Positions 12,501 to 26,933 of a stretch of DNA of 64,000 bases are shown piece by piece. The notes under the pieces were generated by a model, which had not been told where the DNA came from, searched no databases, and saw only the letters and a list, made by a program, of their open reading frames with translations. Position numbers and translations under genes: made by a program. The DNA is taken from assembly GCA_012295275.1 (NCBI GenBank), contig CM022672.1:10416001-10480000 (forward strand), written 5' to 3'. Numbering within the stretch: the first letter of the stretch is position 1; the number at the start of each line of letters is the position of its first letter. The DNA is from Chrysomallon squamiferum (taxonomy: Eukaryota; Animalia; Mollusca).

Positions 12501-15500
12501 GGAATATTTGTCACTGGTTTATTTGATTATTCGTTCACTGTTATCATTTTCACTGATGTATAAACAATTTATTTTCATGTGTACAAAAAGAAAATAACTT
12601 CCTTGTTGAAATTTAAATAATTGTTGATAGGAAGATATTTTAATTAAATCTGTTGACAATGAAATATTCAGTTACAGTTACCGCTGTTAACCCCTTTAAC
12701 TCACACCTTGATTTTCCTAGATTTCAGGAAATCCAGACCAAATCTGGCAAAATCTTAAACTCTCATTACTGGATTTTAACATAGCTGTTAAGTGTACTAA
12801 AGTTCAGTGTTCTGCAAATTTCATGTTAATGTTTGTCTGGACTTTTACATTTTCCAGACGAGTGCTGCCCCCTACTAGTCAAGTGTCAACAACATACACT
12901 GTATATGTTATGGATGGAGAAAAGATATTTTCCCAATCTAGAAATGCATGTCTGTGTTTGAGACCACAATTTTAATTTATTTTATTTTTTTAAATTAATG
13001 TTTCTTTGTTTTTATTTCTTTTATTGGAAGAAATTCTGAATCTTTCCATTTTGTCTGTATCTAATACCAACCTCTTTGTACCTGTTCAAATATTAGCAAA
13101 TTTTACTATTAAACTAATTTGGTTGTGTCTTTCCTTTGTCCTCAGTAGAGTAAGTCATAAAAGTATCTTCCATGTCACTGAACCAGGATTTTAAACTAAT
13201 GAGAAAATTAAAAAATTAATAAAAACAACAGATTGCAAATAGCTTCAGTCTATTGCCGGTCAGCTGAAGAAAAGTTCATTGACTTGTATCTGTCAACAAG
13301 TCTTTGTCACAAATAGTATTCTTCACTTCCACCCAAATCTGCTAAGCTCAATACAGACTGTTCATCATTTATCAAAATCTTAAAATTTCAAATATAGTGA
13401 TGATGTAGTGATGATTTAATTGCCACCACAATTGCTGATTTGTTTATCACAAACTTTTAATTTTATTTTAGGTTATGGTATGTGTATGTAAATGGTTGGG
13501 TAAGAGTGGCAGTCGTACTTAAAAAAATTATACAAAAATTAATCCTGTATCAGCTGTATTTTAAACAAGTTCACATCAGTTCACCATGGAAGTGTCAGTA
13601 CAAGAGTTGTTGAACAGCACAATTGAATATCGTGGGAGATATTTCAAAGAAAATCTCCCAGTCCCCTGTTTCCATCAGCAAAAACCTACTTTATATCTGC
13701 TGAGTGAACTCTTCACCTTCTTCCTGAGCTCATCAGATTGAGCCACTCACATAGGTTTGGTCAAAATAATTCAAGTTTCTCTAGATTTTCAATATCAGGG
13801 ATGTTGTCAGCTAGGAAAGCCATACCATCCTTTACCTGGTCCAGAGGTAGAAAGACCACACCATCTATCATCCCTATCAACCTCTTGACTCCCCTTTCAA
13901 ACAATTATAGGAACCTCAAAACCTTCAGCTAAGTGAACTGTGTAATTAACACAACTTTGAAGTTGTTCCTTTACAAATTCTGTGTTTTATGTGTTGTTGT
14001 TTTTAATTAACAACAAATTCTGTTAATTTTTATTAATAAAATACTAAGAAAATTTTTTATTAATAAAAAATCCTAAAGGTGAGCAGTTGTCTTGTTTCTC
14101 ACTTCATTGGTGAACAGTTGCCCTTGTTTAATGATTCTGAGAAATTCCACTCAGTCATAGCTCAGTCAGTTTTCTAGTATCAACAAAGACTTTGCAGTTT
14201 TTTAAGCTTTTAATTTTAGTCTAACTGATTATGTCAGTATCTCATTTTTTAATTTTTGAAAGTGCTTGAAAGAACCTGATGTATTGGAATTATGTAATTA
14301 TTGTGATATAAATAAGTCATTATAGCATTGTGTATCTTAATACATGTGTGTGTGTAAATGTTTACCTAATAATACAGTGCCTTTTCCAGCTGTCTGTAGA
14401 AGCTAAATGAAAATATTTTCACTTCTTCTCTTACTTGGAGTGAATGTAGACTATATGGCTTGATCTTTTATAAAATGATTAAAAAAAAATTAATTATTAA
14501 ACTGCTGGAATATTTGTCACTGGTTTATTTGATTATTCATTCACTGTTATCATTTTCACTGATGTATAAACAATTTATTTTCATGTGTACAAAAAGAAAA
14601 TAACTTCCTTGTTGAAATTTAAATAACTGTTGATAGGAAGATATTTTAATTAAATCTGTTGACAATGAAATATTCAGTTACAGTTACCGCTGTTAACCCC
14701 TTTAACTCACACCTTGATTTTCCTAGATTTCAGGAAATCCAGACCAAATCTGGCAAAATCTTAAAATCTCATTACTGGATTATAACATAGCTGTTAAGTG
14801 TACTAAAGTTCAGTGTTCTGTAAATTTCATGTTAATGTTTGTCTGGACTTTTGCATTTTCCAGACGAGTGCTGCCCCCTACTAGTCAAGTGTCAACAACA
14901 TACAGTGTATATGGTATGGATGGAGAAAAGATATTTTCCCAATCTAGAAATGCATGTCTGTGTTTGAGACCACAACTTTAATTTCTTTTATTTTTTTTAA
15001 ATTAATGTTTCTTTGTTTTTATTTCTTTTATTGGAAGAAATTCTGAATCTTTCCATTTTGTCTGTATCTAATACCAACCTCTTTGTACCTGTTCAAATAT
15101 TAGCAAATTTTACTATTAAACTAATTTGGTTGTGTCTTTCCTTTGTCCTCCGTAGAGTAAGTCATAAAAGTATCTTCCATGTCACTGAACCAGGATTTTA
15201 AACTAATGAGAAAATTAAAAAAATTAATAAAAACAACAGATTACAAATAGCTTCAGTCTGTTTCCGGTCAGTTGAAGAAAAGGTTATTGACTTGTATCTG
15301 TCAACAAGTCTTTGTCACAAATAGTATTCTTCACTTCCACCCAAATCTGCTAAGCTCAATACAGACTGTTCATCATTTATCCAGAATTTGAAAATCTTAA
15401 AATTTCAAATATAGTGATGATGTAGTGATGATTTAATTGCCACCACAATTGCTGATTTGTTTATCACAAAACTTTTATTTTATTTTAGGTTATGGTATGT

Positions 15501-15990
15501 GTATGTAAATGGTTGGGTAAGAGTGGCAGTTTCTGCTTAAAAAAAAAAAAAAAAATTATACAAAAATTAATCCTATATCAGCTGTATTTTAAACAAATTC
15601 ACATCAGTTCACCATGGAAGTGTCAGTACAAGAGTTGTTGAACAGCACAATTGAATATCGTGGGAGATATTTCAAAGGAAATCTCCCAGTCCCCTGTTTC
15701 CATCAGCAAAAACCTACTTTATATCTGCTGAGTGAACTCTTCACCTTCTTCCTGAGCTCATCAGAATGAGCCACTAACATAGGTTTGGTCAAAATAATTC
15801 AACAGTTTCTCTAGATTTTCAATATCAGGGATGTTGTCAGCTAGGAAAGCCATACCATTCTTTAACTGGTCCAGAGGTAGAAAGGCCAGACCATCTATCA
15901 TCCCTATCAACCTCTTGACTCCCCTTTCAAACAATTATAGGAACCTCAAAACCTTCAATTAAGTGAATTGTGTAATTAACACAACTTTGT
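9541..15990. repeat. Tandem array of ~2.02-kb units (~3.2 copies), plus a deleted/diverged partial copy at ~16390-17215
   Basis: The same catggaa.tgtcagt.caagag anchor occurs at 9541, 11566, 13585 and 15613 (periods 2025/2019/2028); near-identical ORF-track hits at 10978, 13006, 15013 and 16840. Confidence 0.97.
11690..11910 (-). pseudogene. Mutator-like (MULE) DDE transposase fragment, repeated in every 2-kb unit (also ~9670-9890, ~13715-13930, ~15740-15955)
   Basis: Translation GVKRLIGMIDGVAFLPLDQVKDGMTFLADNIPDIEYLEKLLNYFDQTYVSGTF** matches the MULE 'LAFLP...YF..TY..G' segment; the TGA TGA stops are consistent with CGA CGA decay. Confidence 0.8.
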
Positions 15991-16077
15991 GTATTTTAAT
16001 TTTAATTATTTATTGATTTATTTATTATGTTTTATCCCTTATTTACATTTACAAACAAAATTAATGATAAAAGATTA

Positions 16078-16115
<38 letters not shown>

Positions 16116-16473
16116 TAATTTATCTTTTTTTATTCCTTTCATGTTTCATGCACAACTTTTAATACTGTTAAATAAAAGGATTGCTAAATAAAATTACTAC
16201 ATATATTTCTGAATCACAATTACACAATCCCAGTATAAGTAAAAATCATTTTAAATTATCACTGCTGCAGTATAAATGCTTTAAATGACAAATCATAGTT
16301 AAACACTTAAGTTATTTAATTCTTACATTAAGTGTGACAGTACTAATTTCTATTACATATATCCTTTGTTTTAAAATCATGTTATGAAGATGCTTGAAAG
16401 AACCTGATATATTTGAATTATGTAATTATTGTGATATAAATGATAGTCACTATAACATTGTGTATCTTAATAC

Positions 16474-16520
<47 letters not shown>

Positions 16521-17089
16521 ACCTAATAATACAGTGCCTTTTTCAGCTGTCTATAGAAGCTAAATGAAAATATTTCCACTTCTTCTCTTACTTGGAGCAC
16601 ATGTAGAGTGTATGGCTTGCTCTTTTATAAAATGAATAAAAACAAACAAAATTAATTAGTAAACTGTTGGAATATTTGTCACTGGTTTATTTGATTATTC
16701 GTTCACTGTTATCATTTTCTGTGATGGATAAACAATTTATTTTTGGTGTGTACAAAAAGAAAATAACTTCCTTGTTGAAACTTTAAATAATTGTTGATAG
16801 GAATTTTAATTTCTTTTATCCTTTTTAATTCATGTTTCTTTGTTTTTATTTCTTTTATTGGAAGAAATTCTGAATCTTTCCATTTTGTCTGTATCTAATA
16901 CCAGCCTCTTTGTACCTGTTCAAACATTAGCAAATTTTACTTTTAAACTAATTTGGTTGTGTCTTTCCTTTGTCCTCCGTAGAGTAAGTCATAAAAGTAT
17001 CTTCCATGTCACTGCACTGGGATTTTAAACTAATGAGAAAAATCTAGAAAATAATAAAAAGTAATAAAAACAACAGATTGCAAATAGCT

Positions 17090-17644
17090 TCAGTCTGTTT
17101 CTGGTCATTTGAAGAAAAGTTTATTGACTTTTATCTGTCAACAAGTCTTTGTCACAAATAGTATTCTTCACTTCCACCCAAATCTACTAAGCTCAATACA
17201 GACTGTTCATCACTGATCCAAAATTTCCAAATCTTATTGTATCTAAGAGAGTGATGATTTAGTGTACATAAAATTGATTTCTTGGACAAAATTACTAAAA
17301 ATATTATATAACACTGCATGCAATCTATTTGTTTAGTCTTTTGTTTTTAGATTTATATCATATTCTCAGATATCTCCTTTTATTTCAAAATCTAAAACAT
17401 TTCCATGTGTAAGCACTTTGGATAAGCCATTTTCAACCTATAGCTTTAAAAGTCACCATATCCCCCCACCCAGCTGGTTTCACAGTCACATTTACCTGTA
17501 CCACCATATTTACAGCATCAAGTCATGGAGAAGGATATTTGCAGCTTTGTAATTAATATAATTTACAATGTGTATGTAAATTAAGGATGTGTGTCTCTTG
17601 GAATTCAATTATTTTTATGTTTGTTCCCTAAGAAAATGTTTGCA

Positions 17645-17676
<32 letters not shown>

Positions 17677-18478
17677 GCAGCTAATGTTTTATTACATTAT
17701 TAATTTGTACCATTTAAAATATCTACAATTTTTTAATATCTGTTCAAACATTAGCAAATTTCATTTCTAGACAAATTTGATTATGTCTCAGTGTTTTGCT
17801 CATTACAGTCAGTCCTAAAAGTTAGGTTCCATGTCACTGAACCGGGATTTTAAATTAATGAGAAAAAAAATGTAGAAAATTACAAATATTAATAAGAATA
17901 TAACTGTTTACCACCAGCATCAGTCTTTTCCCAGTCAGATGAAGAAAAAAGTTTATTGACTTTTATCTGTCAACAAGTCTTTTTGTCACAAATAGTATTC
18001 TTCACTTCCACCCAAATCTACTAAGCTCAATACAGACTGTTCATCACTGATCCAAAATTTCCAAATCTTATTGTATCTAAGAGAGTGATGATTTAGTGTA
18101 CATAAAATTGATTTCTTGGACAAAATTACTAAAAATATTATATAACACTGCATGCAATCTATTTGTTTAGTCTTTTGTTTTTAGATTTATATCATATTCT
18201 CAGATATCTCCTTTTATTTCAAAAATCTAAAACATTTCCATGTGTAAGCACTTTGGATAAGCCATTTTCAACCTATAGCTTTAAAAGTCACCATATCCCC
18301 CACCCAGCTGGTTTCACAGTCACATTTACCTGTACCACCATATTTACAGCATCAAGTCATGGAGAAGGATATTTGCAGCTTTGTAATTAATATAATTTAC
18401 AATGTGTATGTAAATTAAGGATGTGTGTCTCTTGGAATTCAATTATTTTTATGTTTGTTCCCTAAGAAAATGTTTGCA

Positions 18479-18514
<36 letters not shown>

Positions 18515-20130
18515 GCAGCTAATGTTTTATTACATTATTAATTTGTACCATTTAAAATATCTACAATTTTTTAATATCTGTTCAAACATTAGCAAATTTC
18601 ATTTCTAGACAAATTTGATTATGTCTCAGTGTTTTGCTCATTACAGTCAGTCCTAAAAGTTACGTTCCATGTCACTGAACCGGGATTTTAAATTAATGAG
18701 AAAAATGTAGAAAATTACAAATATTAATAAGAATATAACTGTTTACCACCAGCATCAGTCTTTTCCCAGTCAGATGAAGAAAAGTTTATTGACTTTTATC
18801 TGTCAACAAGTCTTTGTCACAAATAGTATTCTTCACTTCCACCCAAATCTACTAAGCTCAATACAGACTGTTCATCACTGATCCAAAATTTCCAAATCTT
18901 ATTGTATCTAAGAGAGTGATGATTTAGTGTACATAAAATTGATTTCTTGGACAAAATTACTAAAAATATTATATAACACTGCATGCAATCTATTTGTTTA
19001 GTCTTTTGTTTTTAGATTTATATCATATTCTCAGATATCTCCTTTTATTTCAAAATCTAAAACATTTCCATGTGTAAGCACTTTGGATAAGCCATTTTCA
19101 ACCTATAGCTTTAAAAGTCACCATATCCCCCCACCCAGCTGGTTTCACAGTCACATTTACCTGTACCACCATATTTACAGCATCAAGTCATGGAGAAGGA
19201 TATTTGCAGCTTTGTAATTAATATAATTTACAATGTGTATGTAAATTAAGGATGTGTGTCTCTTGGAATTCAATTATTTTTATGTTTGTTCCCTAAGAAA
19301 ATGTTTGCACACACATACACACACACACACACACACAGCAGCTAATGTTTTATTACATTATTAATTTGTACCATTTAAAATATCTACAATTTTTTAATAT
19401 CTGTTCAAACATTAGCAAATTTCATTTCTAGACAAATTTGATTATGTCTCAGTGTTTTGCTCATTACAGTCAGTCCTAAAAGTTACGTTCCATGTCACTG
19501 AACCGGGATTTTAAATTAATGAGAAAAATGTAGAAAATTACAAATATTAATAAGAATATAACTGTTTACCACCAGCATCAGTCTTTTCCCAGTCAGATGA
19601 AGAAAAGTTTATTGACTTTTATCTGTCAACAAGTCTTTGTCACAAATAGTATTCTTCACTTCCACCCAAATCTACTAAGCTCAATACAGACTGTTCATCA
19701 CTGATCCAAAATTTCCAAATCTTATTGTATCTAAGAGAGTGATGATTTAGTGTACATAAAATTGATTTCTTGGACAAAATTACTAAAAATATTATATAAC
19801 ACTGCATGCAATCTATTTGTTTAGTCTTTTGTTTTTAGATTTATATCATATTCTCAGATATCTCCTTTTATTTCAAAATCTAAAACATTTCCATGTGTAA
19901 GCACTTTGGATAAGCCATTTTCAACCTATAGCTTTAAAAGTCACCATATCCCCCCCCAGCTGGTTTCACAGTCACATTTACCTGTACCACCATATTTACA
20001 GCATCAAGTCATGGAGAAGGATATTTGCAGCTTTGTAATTAATATAATTTACAATGTGTATGTAAATTAAGGATGTGTGTCTCTTGGAATTCAATTATTT
20101 TTATGTTTGTTCCCTAAGAAAATGTTTGCA

Positions 20131-20162
<32 letters not shown>

Positions 20163-20956
20163 GCAGCTAATGTTTTATTACATTATTAATTTGTACCATT
20201 TAAAATATCTACAATTTTTTAATATCTGTTCAAACATTAGCAAATTTCATTTCTAGACAAATTTGATTATGTCTCAGTGTTTTGCTCATTACAGTCAGTC
20301 CTAAAAGTTAGGTTCCATGTCACTGAACCGGGATTTTAAATTAATGAGAAAAATGTAAAAATTACAAATATTAATAAGAATATAACTGTTTACCACCAGC
20401 ATCAGTCTTTTCCCAGTCAGATGAAGAAAAGTTTATTGACTTTTATCTGTCAACAAGTCTTTGTCACAAATAGTATTCTTCACTTCCACCCAAATCTACT
20501 AAGCTCAATACAGACTGTTCATCACTGATCCAAAATTTCCAAATCTTATTGTATCTAAGAGAGTGATGATTTAGTGTACATAAAATTGATTTCTTGGACA
20601 AAATTACTAAAAATATTATATAACACTGCATGCAATCTATTTGTTTAGTCTTTTGTTTTTAGATTTATATCATATTCTCAGATATCTCCTTTTATTTCAA
20701 AATCTAAAACATTTCCATGTGTAAGCACTTTGGATAAGCCATTTTTCAACCTATAGCTTTAAAAGTCACCATATCCCCCACCCAGCTGGTTTCACAGTCA
20801 CATTTACCTGTACCACCATATTTACAGCATCAAGTCATGGAGAAGGATATTTGCAGCTTTGTAATTAATATAATTTACAATGTGTATGTAAATTAAGGAT
20901 GTGTGTCTCTTGGAATTCAATTATTTTTATGTTTGTTCCCTAAGAAAATGTTTGCA

Positions 20957-20988
<32 letters not shown>

Positions 20989-21783
20989 GCAGCTAATGTT
21001 TTATTACATTATTAATTTGTACCATTTAAAATATCTACAATTTTTTAATATCTGTTCAAACATTAGCAAATTTCATTTCTAGACAAATTTGATTATGTCT
21101 CAGTGTTTTGCTCATTACAGTCAGTCCTAAAAGTTACGTTCCATGTCACTGAACCGGGATTTTAAATTAATGAGAAAAATGTAGAAAATTACAAATATTA
21201 ATAAGAATATAACTGTTTACCACCAGCATCAGTCTTTTCCCAGTCAGATGAAGAAAAGTTTATTGACTTTTATCTGTCAACAAGTCTTTGTCACAAATAG
21301 TATTCTTCACTTCCACCCAAATCTACTAAGCTCAATACAGACTGTTCATCACTGATCCAAAATTTCCAAATCTTATTGTATCTAAGAGAGTGATGATTTA
21401 GTGTACATAAAATTGATTTCTTGGACAAAATTACTAAAAATATTATATAACACTGCATGCAATCTATTTGTTTAGTCTTTTGTTTTTAGATTTATATCAT
21501 ATTCTCAGATATCTCCTTTTATTTCAAAATCTAAAACATTTCCATGTGTAAGCACTTTGGATAAGCCATTTTCAACCTATAGCTTTAAAAGTCACCATAT
21601 CCCCCCACCCAGCTGGTTTCACAGTCACATTTACCTGTACCACCATATTTACAGCATCAAGTCATGGAGAAGGATATTTGCAGCTTTGTAATTAATATAA
21701 TTTACAATGTGTATGTAAATTAAGGATGTGTGTCTCTTGGAATTCAATTATTTTTATGTTTGTTCCCTAAGAAAATGTTTGCA

Positions 21784-21817
<34 letters not shown>

Positions 21818-24260
21818 GCAGCTAATGTTTTATTACATTATTAATTTGTACCATTTAAAATATCTACAATTTTTTAATATCTGTTCAAACATTAGCAAAT
21901 TTCATTTCTAGACAAATTTGATTATGTCTCAGTGTTTTGCTCATTACAGTCAGTCCTAAAAGTTAGGTTCCATGTCACTGAACCGGGATTTTAAATTAAT
22001 GAGAAAAATGTAGAAAATTACAAATATTAATAAGAATATAACTGTTTACCACCAGCATCAGTCTTTTCCCAGTCAGATGAAGAAAAGTTTATTGACTTTT
22101 ATCTGTCAACAAGTCTTTGTCACAAATAGTATTCTTCACTTCCACCCAAATCTACTAAGCTCAATACAGACTGTTCATCACTGATCCAAAATTTCCAAAT
22201 CTTATTGTATCTAAGAGAGTGATGATTTAGTGTACATAAAATTGATTTCTTGGACAAAATTACTAAAAATATTATATAACACTGCATGCAATCTATTTGT
22301 TTAGTCTTTTGTTTTTAGATTTATATCATATTCTCAGATATCTCCTTTTATTTCAAAATCTAAAACATTTCCATGTGTAAGCACTTTGGATAAGCCATTT
22401 TCAACCTATAGCTTTAAAAGTCACCATATCCCCCCACCCAGCTGGTTTCACAGTCACATTTACCTGTACCACCATATTTACAGCATCAAGTCATGGAGAA
22501 GGATATTTGCAGCTTTGTAATTAATATAATTTACAATGTGTATGTAAATTAAGGATGTGTGTCTCTTGGAATTCAATTATTTTTATGTTTGTTCCCTAAG
22601 AAAATGTTTGCACACACATACACACACACACACACACACACAGCAGCTAATGTTTTATTACATTATTAATTTGTACCATTTAAAATATCTACAATTTTTT
22701 AATATCTGTTCAAACATTAGCAAATTTCATTTCTAGACAAATTTGATTATGTCTCAGTGTTTTGCTCATTACAGTCAGTCCTAAAAGTTAGGTTCCATGT
22801 CACTGAACCGGGATTTTAAATTAATGAGAAAAATGTAGAAAATTACAAATATTAATAAGAATATAACTGTTTACCACCAGCATCAGTCTTTTCCCAGTCA
22901 GATGAAGAAAAGTTTATTGACTTTTATCTGTCAACAAGTCTTTGTCACAAATAGTATTCTTCACTTCCACCCAAATCTACTAAGCTCAATACAGACTGTT
23001 CATCACTGATCCAAAATTTCCAAATCTTATTGTATCTAAGAGAGTGATGATTTAGTGTACATAAAATTGATTTCTTGGACAAAATTACTAAAAATATTAT
23101 ATAACACTGCATGCAATCTATTTGTTTAGTCTTTTGTTTTAGATTTATATCATATTCTCAGATATCTCCTTTTATTTCAAAATCTAAAACATTTCCATGT
23201 GTAAGCACTTTGGATAAGCCATTTTCAACCTATAGCTTTAAAAGTCACCATATCCCCCACCCAGCTGGTTTCACAGTCACATTTACCTGTACCACCATAT
23301 TTACAGCATCAAGTCATGGAGAAGGATATTTGCAGCTTTGTAATTAATATAATTTACAATGTGTATGTAAATTAAGGATGTGTGTCTCTTGGAATTCAAT
23401 TATTTTTATGTTTGTTCCCTAAGAAAATGTTTGCACACACATACACACACACACACACACACACAGCAGCTAATGTTTTATTACATTATTAATTTGTACC
23501 ATTTAAAATATCTACAATTTTTTAATATCTGTTCAAACATTAGCAAATTTCATTTCTAGACAAATTTGATTATGTCTCAGTGTTTTGCTCATTACAGTCA
23601 GTCCTAAAAGTTAGGTTCCATGTCACTGAACCGGGATTTTAAATTAATGAGAAAAATGTAGAAAATTACAAATATTAATAAGAATATAACTGTTTACCAC
23701 CAGCATCAGTCTTTTCCCAGTCAGATGAAGAAAAGTTTATTGACTTTTATCTGTCAACAAGTCTTTGTCACAAATAGTATTCTTCACTTCCACCCAAATC
23801 TACTAAGCTCAATACAGACTGTTCATCACTGATCCAAAATTTCCAAATCTTATTGTATCTAAGAGAGTGATGATTTAGTGTACATAAAATTGATTTCTTG
23901 GACAAAATTACTAAAAATATTATATAACACTGCATGCAATCTATTTGTTTAGTCTTTTGTTTTTAGATTTATATCATATTCTCAGATATCTCCTTTTATT
24001 TCAAAAATCTAAAACATTTCCATGTGTAAGCACTTTGGATAAGCCATTTTCAACCTATAGCTTTAAAAGTCACCATATCCCCCACCCAGCTGGTTTCACA
24101 GTCACATTTACCTGTACCACCATATTTACAGCATCAAGTCATGGAGAAGGATATTTGCAGCTTTGTAATTAATATAATTTACAATGTGTATGTAAATTAA
24201 GGATGTGTGTCTCTTGGAATTCAATTATTTTTATGTTTGTTCCCTAAGAAAATGTTTGCA

Positions 24261-24294
<34 letters not shown>

Positions 24295-26232
24295 GCAGCT
24301 AATGTTTTATTACATTATTAATTTGTACCATTTAAAATATCTACAATTTTTTAATATCTGTTCAAACATTAGCAAATTTCATTTCTAGACAAATTTGATT
24401 ATGTCTCAGTGTTTTGCTCATTACAGTCAGTCCTAAAAGTTACGTTCCATGTCACTGAACCGGGATTTTAAATTAATGAGAAAAATGTAGAAAATTACAA
24501 ATATTAATAAGAATATAACTGTTTACCACCAGCATCAGTCTTTTCCCAGTCAGATGAAGAAAAGTTTATTGACTTTTATCTGTCAACAAGTCTTTGTCAC
24601 AAATAGTATTCTTCACTTCCACCCAAATCTACTAAGCTCAATACAGACTGTTCATCACTGATCCAAAATTTCCAAATCTTATTGTATCTAAGAGAGTGAT
24701 GATTTAGTGTACATAAAATTGATTTCTTGGACAAAATTACTAAAAATATTATATAACACTGCATGCAATCTATTTGTTTAGTCTTTTGTTTTTAGATTTA
24801 TATCATATTCTCAGATATCTCCTTTTATTTCAAAAATCTAAAACATTTCCATGTGTAAGCACTTTGGATAAGCCATTTTCAACCTATAGCTTTAAAAGTC
24901 ACCATATCCCCCACCCAGCTGGTTTCACAGTCACATTTACCTGTACCACCATATTTACAGCATCAAGTCATGGAGAAGGATATTTGCAGCTTTGTAATTA
25001 ATATAATTTACAATGTGTATGTAAATTAAGGATGTGTGTCTCTTGGAATTCAATTATTTTTATGTTTGTTCCCTAAGAAAATGTTTGCACACACATACAC
25101 ACACACACACACACACACAGCAGCTAATGTTTTATTACATTATTAATTTGTACCATTTAAAATATCTACAATTTTTTAATATCTGTTCAAACATTAGCAA
25201 ATTTCATTTCTAGACAAATTTGATTATGTCTCAGTGTTTTGCTCATTACAGTCAGTCCTAAAAGTTACGTTCCATGTCACTGAACCGGGATTTTAAATTA
25301 ATGAGAAAAATGTAGAAAATTACAAATATTAATAAGAATATAACTGTTTACCACCAGCATCAGTCTTTTTCCAGTCAGATGAAGAAAAGTTTATTGACTT
25401 TTATCTGTCAACAAGTCTTTGTCACAAATAGTATTCTTCACTTCCACCCAAATCTACTAAGCTCAATACAGACTGTTCATCACTGATCCAAAATTTCCAA
25501 ATCTTATTGTATCTAAGAGAGTGATGATTTAGTGTACATAAAATTGATTTCTTGGACAAAATTACTAAAAATATTATATAACACTGCATGCAATCTATTT
25601 GTTTAGTCTTTTGTTTTTAGATTTATATCATATTCTCAGATATCTCCTTTTATTTCAAAATCTAAAACATTTCCATGTGTAAGCACTTTGGATAAGCCAT
25701 TTTCAACCTATAGCTTTAAAAGTCACCATATCCCCCCACCCAGCTGGTTTCACAGTCACATTTACCTGTACCACCATATTTACAGCATCAAGTCATGGAG
25801 AAGGATATTTGCAGCTTTGTAATTAATATAATTTACAATGTGTATGTAAATTAAGGATGTGTGTCTCTTGGAATTCAATTATTTTTATGTTTGTTCCCTA
25901 AGAAAATGTTTGCACACACATACACACACACACACACACACACAGCAGCTAATGTTTTATTACATTATTAATTTGTACCATTTAAAATATCTACAATTTT
26001 TTAATATCTGTTCAAACATTAGCAAATTTCATTTCTAGACAAATTTGATTATGTCTCAGTGTTTTGCTCATTACAGTCAGTCCTAAAAGTTACATTCCAT
26101 GTCATTGAACCGGGATTTTAAATTAATGAGAAAAATGTAGAAAATTACAAATATTAATAAGAATATAACTGTTTACCACCAGCATCAGTCTTTTCCCAGT
26201 CAGATGAAGAAAAGGTTATTGACTTTTATCTG
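17090..26232. repeat. Satellite array of ~826-bp near-identical units, 11 copies
   Basis: Anchor aatctactaagctcaataca at 17181, 18015, 18846, 19669, 20493, 21320, 22149, 22974, 23797, 24626 and 25451; units differ mainly in (CA)n and homopolymer lengths. Confidence 0.98.
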
Positions 26233-26902
26233 CCATGAAATGCTAGAAATGCTATTCTTTGCTTGCACTCAAATCCACAAATGGATTTTGTTTCTAGATT
26301 TATATCATGTTCTCGGCTATCTCCTTTTATTTCAAACTCCAAAATATTTCCAGCTGTAAGCTTTTTGAATAAAGATTCTCACCCTATACCTTTACAACTA
26401 TCTCCCTTTTCAATAGTGATAAAATGTTTTAATGTTTTTTAAAAATAATTGATCAACCTCAGAAACATGTATAATAGTGTCAGGGTTGGGGACCCTGAAT
26501 TCACTGTCTTACAGTCAGCTTGTTCTCTGTGTTTATAAACTCAACATTGCATGAAATGAAATCAGTTTTGATTAGGCAGTAAAAGAGAGAAGTGCAAGAA
26601 GAACAAAAGAAAGGACTAAACAAAGGGAATATAAAAATTGTGCAGAATTAATACATTTAAAAGTAAAAATAGTGTAACAATTAATTTGTCTATAAAATGG
26701 TAGGAAAAGACAAAGAAAGACTTCATCATCACAAGAAACCTGTATTAAATAAAACAGTTTACTGATAATGTCAGACATTGTCTAATCACCTTTAGAATAA
26801 ATTGTTGACTTGTACCAAAATTATATTTATATATAGATATATATATATATAAGTAAAAAAAAAAAAAAAAATTATATTTATATATGTATCTGTATATATG
26901 TA

Positions 26903-26933
<31 letters not shown>

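Noticed and set aside
10978-17028. Four copies of ORF 'MFLFLLLEEILNLS...'
   Set aside because: TTG-started by-product of the 2-kb repeat; the protein-like signal lies on the opposite strand.
18163-25001. Repeated + strand ORFs 'MFSLLFLDLY...' / 'MQSICLVF...' in satellite units as a tandem gene family
   Set aside because: They appear only in units with particular homopolymer lengths, most start at non-ATG codons, and there is no recognisable domain or splice structure.
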